Both the position numbers and the translations under genes were made by a program. A model generated the notes under the pieces. It searched no databases and was not told the origin of the DNA. It saw only the letters and a program-made list of their open reading frames with translations. A stretch of DNA of 30,440 bases from a virus (taxonomy: Duplodnaviria > Heunggongvirae > Uroviricota > Caudoviricetes), in the IMG/VR virus record IMGVR_UViG_3300035521_000566; one strand, given 5' to 3'. Numbering within the stretch: the stretch's first letter is position 1; every line of letters starts with the position of its first letter. Shown one piece after another: positions 15,386-23,000 of the stretch.

Positions 15386-17095
15386 TTAATCTTCTGACTC
15401 TTCTGTCGTATCAATTTCTGAGCTTACATCCTTATTGCCAACATTTGATACAGCACTTCCTGAATACCGTTCTATATCAACATCGTATAAACCGTTTATA
15501 TCATCAACATGATAGAATGTAAATACAACAGAAACCGTATCAATCTCGCCATATGTCGAGAGTGAATATGTTGAATACTGATACTGAGTATAATACATTC
15601 CTATATAAACTACATCAGGCTTGCCCATTTTCTCTAATACATCAGCTTCTAACATACCGAACTTGATATTATAATCCGTGAACTCCATATCAGGCAAATC
15701 TATATTTTCATATGCACAGTTTAGTACATTTATTTCTAATCCAATAGCACCATTATCAATCATATCCGAATAAGTCGTCTCATCTGATTCTTTTAATAAT
15801 ACAAGCATTGCACCTGGATATTGAGAATTTGTAAATGTAACTGGCGATGAATCATCTTCTGGTGTCTGATATTCCCAACCGTAATTTATAACACGATTTG
15901 GCTTAATATATAAAGACTCATAATCTTTGTCTGCGATAAAGCGAATATTATTCAAATCCTCGTTTTTAATATCTTCGTATTCGTAGTCAGATACATTATG
16001 TGTATCAGACAGACTGTCTGATTCATAAAAGAACTTAGTTCCGTCTTCATCCTCATCTACATTCAAATCTATTGATTCTTCTGCTTCTGCATCAAGCACT
16101 TCATCTGCGTCAATGGATGTCTGAATTCGATTCTTATAATATGCCATATCATCATCCGTAACATCGTCATACGACGTAAAATTCACAGTTATATCAGCTG
16201 ACATTGACATATCACCAATTACCATTTCATCTGCATCATCACCTATCATATCCTTTGCAGCATCACTTGAAATCACGACATTTGATACTGTAATCTGGTC
16301 TAACAGCATAGTATCTTTATTGATGATAAATGTTGCCATACCATTTTTAGCACAGGCAAGAATATCCATATATTCATCAATAGCATTCATATCTTCTTCA
16401 TACTTATCAAAAAACGCCTGCATAGAGTCTGTCTCTGAAAGACTGCCATAATCAAACGTAATCTTGTAAGTTGTATCTAATGTTTCCATTGTGTAATTGG
16501 CGGGTGCGTCCTTTACAGCGTCATAAAAATCCTTTGCCATCTGGTCACCATCCCAAGTTGAACGATACCACGTTGTGTCATCGTCTTCACCTAATGTATA
16601 ATAATATGTATCATTTGGCTCATCATAAAATGTTACATATGCCGACTTTGCCGTATCGGACTCACTATAATTATTGTCTGTCGATACTGTTGATACATTT
16701 GTTGTGTAATCATTTTCTACACTCATGCCGAATCCAATACCTCGTTTCAAAAGAACGGTACTGGTATAATTGCTATCAACATCGACATCCATCTGTATGC
16801 CATCCTGAGTAACACGCATCTTAAGTGTATATGTATTTGATATACTAATACGCATACTGTTGACAGACGCCATTGCTTCGAATGATTCCAATAATGTATC
16901 ACGAATTATCTCATCATCATCCGTCATGACAACTTCAGTTGTCTTATCATTCTTGCCACATCCTGTCAAAAGCATACTTGCCGAAAGAGTACAGGCAAGA
17001 CCTGCTGCAAGCAGCTTGCATACTCTTTTCTTTGCTTTTTTTAATGTCTGTGTCTTTCTAATTGTCGTCTCCTGGAACTTCGTTAGTGTGCTCAT
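15386..17095 (-). CDS. Large acidic lipoprotein (569 aa), possibly with a LolA/LppX-like N-terminal domain
   Basis: Basic N-region, then LLTG|C lipobox; beta-rich N-domain; C-domain with FGMLEADVLEKMGKP. Fold call is tentative. Confidence 0.65.
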   Translation of the reverse strand: MSTLTKFQETTIRKTQTLKKAKKRVCKLLAAGLACTLSASMLLTGCGKNDKTTEVVMTDDDEIIRDTLLESFEAMASVNSMRISISNTYTLKMRVTQDGIQMDVDVDSNYTSTVLLKRGIGFGMSVENDYTTNVSTVSTDNNYSESDTAKSAYVTFYDEPNDTYYYTLGEDDDTTWYRSTWDGDQMAKDFYDAVKDAPANYTMETLDTTYKITFDYGSLSETDSMQAFFDKYEEDMNAIDEYMDILACAKNGMATFIINKDTMLLDQITVSNVVISSDAAKDMIGDDADEMVIGDMSMSADITVNFTSYDDVTDDDMAYYKNRIQTSIDADEVLDAEAEESIDLNVDEDEDGTKFFYESDSLSDTHNVSDYEYEDIKNEDLNNIRFIADKDYESLYIKPNRVINYGWEYQTPEDDSSPVTFTNSQYPGAMLVLLKESDETTYSDMIDNGAIGLEINVLNCAYENIDLPDMEFTDYNIKFGMLEADVLEKMGKPDVVYIGMYYTQYQYSTYSLSTYGEIDTVSVVFTFYHVDDINGLYDVDIERYSGSAVSNVGNKDVSSEIDTTEESED

Positions 17096-17927
17096 AATAA
17101 TATCCCTTCTCCAGAGTTTGAGTGTCGTAATAATAGCAAGCCTCTGGTACTGCTATTACCTGAAATCTCACTGAACTTCCAGCCATTGTACCATTACAAG
17201 TTGTGAGAACAATTATTGATGTGTCTTTTGACGGTGTTTCTACACGCTCGTAGATTGCTTTGGACTTCAAATCATCTATTAAAGCTTGATAGTTATCACT
17301 GCCGATTTGATATGGAATATCATATACCATATCAGAAGCGTCTCCGTGAATTGCTGTCCAAACTACCCAACGCTCAGCTCTGTCTGGATAATAAACATAA
17401 ATATATTTATATCTGTTTGCATCTGACTGATTCTCATAACAGGCAGTCAGCTGTCCGAATGCTACATCACGATTCGACATTCTGTGACCAAAAAATAACA
17501 GGTGAGCATCATCAAAATCCATCGGTTCTGCTGGATTTAAAATAGAACCCCACGATGAACGGCTCTTGTTAATATCACGCCACAAATAATATGTCTCGTT
17601 AACCGTTTGTTCCTGCATAACATAATAATCTATGTTTGTATTAGGTACATATATCCATCTCTGCACATCAGGATTGATAGACTGTAATTCGTCAAAATCA
17701 ATTCTTCGCAGCAGATTTTCGTCTATCTTGAACTCTAATCCATTAACAGGCTGCGGTTCTTCTCCAATCACTTTCTCTTTTATTTCTTCAACTACTTTAT
17801 TGTCATCATCAACAATAGAATCCTTTATGATGACATAAATGATAATGCAACCAGCTATTATAATTGCAATCATACTTACGATTGTTGCTATATATGCAGG
17901 TGCTCTTGATTTTTGATGTTTTTTCAT
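17058..17927 (-). CDS. srtB: Class B sortase
   Basis: Start at ATG 17927 (AGGAG 8 nt upstream). N-terminal TM; IDFDELQSINPDV..WIYVPNTNIDYYVMQ; FFGHRM (His); VLTTC (Cys); VRF (Arg). Confidence 0.88.
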   Translation of the reverse strand: MKKHQKSRAPAYIATIVSMIAIIIAGCIIIYVIIKDSIVDDDNKVVEEIKEKVIGEEPQPVNGLEFKIDENLLRRIDFDELQSINPDVQRWIYVPNTNIDYYVMQEQTVNETYYLWRDINKSRSSWGSILNPAEPMDFDDAHLLFFGHRMSNRDVAFGQLTACYENQSDANRYKYIYVYYPDRAERWVVWTAIHGDASDMVYDIPYQIGSDNYQALIDDLKSKAIYERVETPSKDTSIIVLTTCNGTMAGSSVRFQVIAVPEACYYYDTQTLEKGYYYEHTNEVPGDDN

Positions 17928-17958
17928 CAAAAAGACTCCTTTCTTGTGAACTGAAGCT

Positions 17959-17987
17959 AGTATAACATAAAAACACTCATAAATCAA
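17959..17987 (-). promoter_or_regulatory. P4 promoter (sortase operon)
   Basis: TTGATT (17987-17982), 17 bp, TGn-TATACT (17964-17959). Confidence 0.7.
17976..17987. promoter_or_regulatory. Candidate operator 4, CTCATAAATCAA, overlapping the P4 -35
   Basis: Motif copy read directly from the sequence. Confidence 0.6.
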
Positions 17988-18056
17988 TAGATTTTAAAAA
18001 AATTGACACACTTTTAGCACACTTTTTAACAAAGATTAGACTTTCAATCTCTAAAA

Positions 18057-18133
18057 TTTACACTGAATTTAGACAATTACCTCTGTGAGCTCGTATTTTG
18101 CGTTTTAAGGCACTTTATCAAATTCAGTGTAAA
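18057..18133. repeat. Perfect 14-bp inverted repeat with 49-bp spacer
   Basis: TTTACACTGAATTT (18057-18070) and AAATTCAGTGTAAA (18120-18133). Confidence 0.9.
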
Positions 18134-18314
18134 CTTATTGGCTAAGTGTATTAAAATCAATCCTGGGGCATTCTGAGAGGTCACTTTTTCCTCAAGACAA
18201 GAGTCTTATTTTGAATTTCATTTAATACGAAATTTGACACGCAAACTTCGAAACGGCTATCACTCTCTTTTCGTGTGATGGGTTTACCATCACAAATTAC
18301 AACTTCGTTTGCAC

Positions 18315-18352
18315 AAAAAAAAAACCCACTTAGAATATCAAGTGGGTTTTTT
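18315..18352. terminator. Bidirectional-type intrinsic terminator after the MazF-like gene
   Basis: AAAAAACCCACTT-AGAATATC-AAGTGGGTTTTTT with A/T tracts on both sides. Confidence 0.85.
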
Positions 18353-18362
18353 ACCAGAAAAT

Positions 18363-19313
18363 TTATTTTGCTATTGCATTCATATAAAGCTCTTTGTACA
18401 CATCTCGTTCTGCACACACTTTTATGTAATCTGGTGATGTTGACACATCAGCGATTACAGTAGCAGGCTTAGACTTTATATCGTCAAGCTCTCTTGCGAG
18501 AGCGTCAACTTTTTGATTGTTATAAGAGCATCGTTCCAGCCATGCCTTGAACTCAGCCGCTGAATCCATTACGATTCCAGCATTGTCACCAAAATGTTCT
18601 TCTAATATATCAAGTATAAATAAACCTGGTGTCTCAACATGCTCTGAAACATCAGACTTCATTTCTTCAGATTTTGCCTGCAACAATGCATCATCAGCTT
18701 CTGAAATCTGATTCAGCTGCGTTGTCGTATAGGACTTGGCAAGCTCGTCCTTCCATGACTCTAAAATATTTACACCGACTGACTTTTCATTAAAGTTCAA
18801 TGCCAAGCCGAGTGCCAGAGCATCGTTAATCTTTTTCATTTCACTCATTGTACACTGATTTACATATTTGCCAATACGCTTTTTCGACACAGTGTAAATC
18901 TGGTCACAGATTACAGTTGATTTTATACCCGTTGCCATTATAATCACATTCGTCGGTAAATTATTTCTGGGATGCGTAGTAAGATAAGCTACTTCTACTA
19001 AGCCCTGCATTTCGTTATTCATATCGTTTGATATAATAACAGCTGGTCTTCCGCCTACAAAAGTTGAACTATCCGAAGCTGACTCACCTTCGGGTACTAC
19101 ATAATATATTTCGCCACGACATACACGGCGTTCTGAATTTGTACGATTTGCATTCATATCGTTTGTTACCATCCTTTCGACTCTCATTGTTTGGTATGAC
19201 GACGGCTCAATTCCCATCTCACGCTCTACTTTATCAAACAGAGCCATCAGTTTGAGCTGCTCATCATATGTTTTCATATTTCGGTCCAATTTTCTTGATT
19301 TAAACTGAGGCAT
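18363..19313 (-). CDS. PemK/MazF-family endoribonuclease-domain protein with N- and C-terminal extensions (316 aa)
   Basis: RGEIYYV...GGRPAVIISND.NN....VEVAYLTT...STVICDQIYTVSKKRIGKY....M.KINDAL..GL (18798-19121). A shorter start at ATG 19157 is possible. Confidence 0.85.
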   Translation of the reverse strand: MPQFKSRKLDRNMKTYDEQLKLMALFDKVEREMGIEPSSYQTMRVERMVTNDMNANRTNSERRVCRGEIYYVVPEGESASDSSTFVGGRPAVIISNDMNNEMQGLVEVAYLTTHPRNNLPTNVIIMATGIKSTVICDQIYTVSKKRIGKYVNQCTMSEMKKINDALALGLALNFNEKSVGVNILESWKDELAKSYTTTQLNQISEADDALLQAKSEEMKSDVSEHVETPGLFILDILEEHFGDNAGIVMDSAAEFKAWLERCSYNNQKVDALARELDDIKSKPATVIADVSTSPDYIKVCAERDVYKELYMNAIAK

Positions 19314-19316
19314 AGG

Positions 19317-19607
19317 CTATACCCCCGTTACTGTTTCCTGCACATTACTTACTAGCTGATTGTCAATCTCTTTTAATACTGCTGTTGTCCTCGGCTGCTT
19401 AATTGTAGCAATAATTTCTTCATCAGACATTGCAATAAAATCTGCATCTGGAAATGCTTTGATTACCAGCTTGCCAATTCTCTCAGCCAGTTTACTCTGC
19501 TCCTGCTTACGAGCCTGAGCCTGTAATTCTTTTAAAGATTTTAATTTTGCTTCTGCCATTTCTACTTCAGCAGACAGCTGTGTGTAACTTTTTGGTTTTC
19601 TTGCCAT
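19317..19607 (-). CDS. Small basic coiled-coil protein (96 aa)
   Basis: AGGAG RBS 9 nt upstream; heptad-rich N-terminal half; ends 3 nt before the MazF-like start. Confidence 0.75.
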   Translation of the reverse strand: MARKPKSYTQLSAEVEMAEAKLKSLKELQAQARKQEQSKLAERIGKLVIKAFPDADFIAMSDEEIIATIKQPRTTAVLKEIDNQLVSNVQETVTGV

Positions 19608-19630
19608 AGTTGCACTCTCCTTTCAAAAAT

Positions 19631-19870
19631 TTAATAATAAAAATAATCAATTAGCCATCGAATGGCTAATGCTATATCAGCATCGAAAAAGAGTATACTT
19701 AACACTTGCAGGAACTTGCCAAAACGTTCTGTATCTGTCATAGGCGGACGCTCACATATCGGCTTCGTCATATCATAAGTATCAGATAAATCAACGCCTA
19801 TTGATGATAATATCATACCAACTATAGTTAATACTACTATGCAGAGCATTTTTAATATAACAACAACCAC
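19631..19870 (-). CDS. Small two-TM membrane protein (79 aa)
   Basis: Start moved to GTG 19870 (AAGGAG 8 nt upstream; the track start lies inside promoter P5); two hydrophobic segments. Confidence 0.6.
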   Translation of the reverse strand: MVVVILKMLCIVVLTIVGMILSSIGVDLSDTYDMTKPICERPPMTDTERFGKFLQVLSILFFDADIALAIRWLIDYFYY

Positions 19871-19900
19871 AAGTCCCACTCCTTTCCGTTGTACAAATAC

Positions 19901-19929
19901 ATTATACACTGATTTATGAGTATTTTCAA
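19901..19929 (-). promoter_or_regulatory. P5 promoter (TM / coiled-coil / MazF-like operon)
   Basis: TTGAAA (19929-19924), 17 bp, TATAAT (19906-19901). Confidence 0.75.
19909..19920. promoter_or_regulatory. Candidate operator 5, CTCATAAATCAG (minus strand), in the P5 spacer
   Basis: Plus strand reads CTGATTTATGAG. Confidence 0.6.
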
Positions 19930-19983
19930 GTAGGTAATAGCAAAAAGTGTGTCATGAATAACACACCTTTTATATTACAACAC

Positions 19984-20014
19984 AAAATAAAACAGCCCCA
20001 GTTTCCTGGGGCTG
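19984..20014 (-). terminator. Intrinsic terminator after the adhesin gene
   Basis: CAGCCCCAG-GAAA-CTGGGGCTG on the minus strand, then TTTTATTTT. Confidence 0.9.
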
Positions 20015-20057
20015 CTTCTCTACTCATATGGAGCAGTGAAAGAAAGCATATATATGA

Positions 20058-23000
20058 TTACTCTTCATCAGAGTTATCATCATTTACTTTAATCTTACGA
20101 TAACCAAATACACCGATAGTTGACATTACAGCTAAGAACATAATGATAAGTGCAATCATCATAAGTGCTCTTGCATGATTTACAATACCTGTCTGTACCT
20201 TTGTGGTAGTCTTGACAGTTACTGTCTGGTCTTTGTCTTCGATGTCCTTATGCTGTGCGATGATATTTCCATCTTTATCATAGATTGTCTCGTAGCAAAC
20301 AAGTACGTGTCCATCTTTATCAGATGTATCAACTGTAAATGTCTGCTTAACTGAGCCTTCCATCTTCTCTACCTTGAAATCAGATGTTGCTGTAGCAACG
20401 ACCTTATTCTCATCTGACTTATCGACAATCTGACCAACTACCTTATACTCTGAACCTTCAACAAGATTCTCATATGTGATAGCATCCACAACCTTGGCGT
20501 CTGTAGCCATTGTAACAATCTTAGAACGTTCATCGTCTGCAGTTGCTACAGTTGAAATAGAACCGCTGTATGTGGTCTGGTCTGCATCATCAATGTCTTC
20601 ATGAGTTGCAATTGTCTTGTCATTATATGTGAGTGACTCAAATGCTACTACAGTCTTGCCTTTAATAGCACCATTCGGAATAGTGAACTCAACATCAACA
20701 GTTCCATTAGCCTCTTCAGCCTTGAATGTAACAGATGATGTGAACTTATCAGTGTTAGTAGTCTCACTTTCCGTAACTTCTGTAATAGTATTATCATCGG
20801 TCTTTGTTACCTGCGATGTATCAACAGTAGTTTCTACTTCTGTCTTTGACTGTTCAGAAGCCTTATATTCAATCTTCTTACCAGTTGCCTTATCCATCAA
20901 AGTACCAGTGATTACATAAGTCTCGCCAGGAATCAGATTTGTATAAGTTACTGTATCTACAATCTTAATCTCTGCAGATTCATCTTCAAAGATGTGTAAC
21001 TGATGCGTCTTAGTTGTCTCATCAATAGCTGATGTAGCAATTGAAGGGAATGCAACTGTCTGGTCATCATCGTTAATGTCCGTATGAGCAGCAACCTCAA
21101 CACCTTCATACTCTACTCTTTCAAATGCTACAACAGACTTACCAGATATATCAATACTCTTGAAGTTGAATGTAATATCTATGCTGCCGTCTGCCTCCTC
21201 AGGAGTGAACTTAGCACTTGCGGTAATTGTATGGTCGTTCTCATCAAGAAGTTCCTTACCTGTTGCCTTGTCCATAAGTGTACCTGTTACAGTATACTCT
21301 TTACCAGGAACAAGATTTGTGTAAGTTACTCTATCAACGAGTGTTACATCGTTTGTTGCCATACCCATATGTTCGCCTGTACCTGCATCTGTTAATGTAG
21401 TACCGATAGTTGGGAAGTAAATTGTCTGGTCTGCATCTTCTGCATCCTCATGTCTTACGACATTAGTATCAACAACTTCTCCGTTCTCGTCCTCAGCTCT
21501 GGTTACTGCCTGCTCGAATACAACGAATGTATGTCCAGCATATTCAGTAGCGTCGAACTCAAACTTAACTTCTACTGTTCCATCATGCTCTTCAGCCTTG
21601 AATGGAGTCTCTGCAGTAATGTCTGTAAGCTTACCTGCAGTCTTGTCATAAAGAGTACCCTTCATGACATACTCTGTACCAATAACGAATCCTGTATAAG
21701 AAACTGTATCTGTAATAACAGTATTCTCAGCTGCTGGACCCATGTTGACATTTGTCTCACCGTAAGTAGCTACTGTGCCAACCTTAGGGTTATAAACTGT
21801 CTGTGCCTCATCATTGATGTCTTCATGCTTAGCGATTTCAACATCTGAGTAGAACAGCTTCTCGTACACAACGGCTACATCTAAGTCTTCAACATCTGTA
21901 ACATTGAATACTACTTCTGTAGTTCCTTCAGAACCTTCGGCTGTGAATGCTGCTGTAACAACAACATCTTCACCATTAGAGTTCTGATATGCCTTGCCAG
22001 TATCTGGATTCATAAGAGTACCAGTTAATGTATATGATACACCTTCAACAAGTCCCGTGTAAGAAACTGTATCAGTTACAGTGATTAAATCTGTACTTGT
22101 ATCAATATCAGCTACTGTCTTAACTGCTACAACATGAACCGACTGGTCTTCATCGTTAATGTCGTCATGCTGTGCTACAAGCACATCATAGCTGCCTGCT
22201 GCAGCCTTACGATAAATATATTCGTATGCAACATATGTGTTACCAGCCTTATCAGTTGTATCAAACTCATAAGTTATATCTACGCTACCTTCTGAATCTT
22301 CTGGAGTAATCTCAAGAATTGATTCAGATGTTACCTTCTGTCCTGTTGCCTTATCTACTAAGTAACCCTTAACCTGATAAGTATCACCTGGTGTAAGGTC
22401 TTTATAGTAAACGGTATCAGTGAATACATGCTTACCATCCTGGTCTACAAAACGATAATTTACATCTTCGTTTGTTGACTCAGTATTGTCTGTATCTTCT
22501 GTATTATCTGAACCTTCGACTTCAGCATCACCAGCTGTAGCTATCTCATCGGATTTAACTCCAAGTCCATTGTCAACAGCAATTGATGTGTCAACTTCTG
22601 GGAATGTTACTGTCTGTGCTTCGCTATCAATGTCCTTATGCTCGGCAATCAGAACATCACCATCATAAGCCTCTTCAAATACTACTACAGAATGACCTGC
22701 AAGTTCAGATGCATTGAATGCAAATGTTACAGATGTTGTTCCACTTGACTCCTCAGGAATGAATGTTGTGTCTACTCTTACTTCTTTTCCATCAGCGTCT
22801 ATAACTACTGCCTTAGAATCTTTGTCCATCAGAACACCCTTAATAGTGTATTCTGTATTAGGAGTTAATCCCTTATAAGTAATATAGTCCACGAGTTCAA
22901 CTGAATCAAGAGCTGCACCTTCATGTGAACCTGTATCACAGTAACTTGCTACTGTTTCAAGTTCAGGGTAACGAACTGTCTGCTCTTCGTCGTCTAAATC

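Noticed and set aside
17845-17860. Lipobox-like IAGC in the sortase N-terminus
   Set aside because: Followed by more hydrophobic residues (IIIYVII), which fits a plain TM anchor.
18003-18032. Plus-strand promoter (TTGACA at 18003; another at 18234) for an sRNA ending at the 18319 terminator
   Set aside because: The -10 matches at 17-18 bp spacing are poor (TAACAA, TATCAC); not supportable without transcript data.
18181-18463. Small ORFs 18181-18417 (-) and 18275-18463 (+)
   Set aside because: Both cross the terminator hairpin, lack an RBS and have no protein-like features.
19314-19900. Type III TA (ToxIN/CptIN-like RNA antitoxin) for the MazF-fold protein
   Set aside because: No tandem 30-60 nt repeats and no terminator upstream of the toxin gene; the upstream DNA is protein-coding.
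18004-19954. IS/transposon with TG...CA ends
   Set aside because: No transposase inside and no target-site duplication; kept only as a motif/cassette hypothesis.
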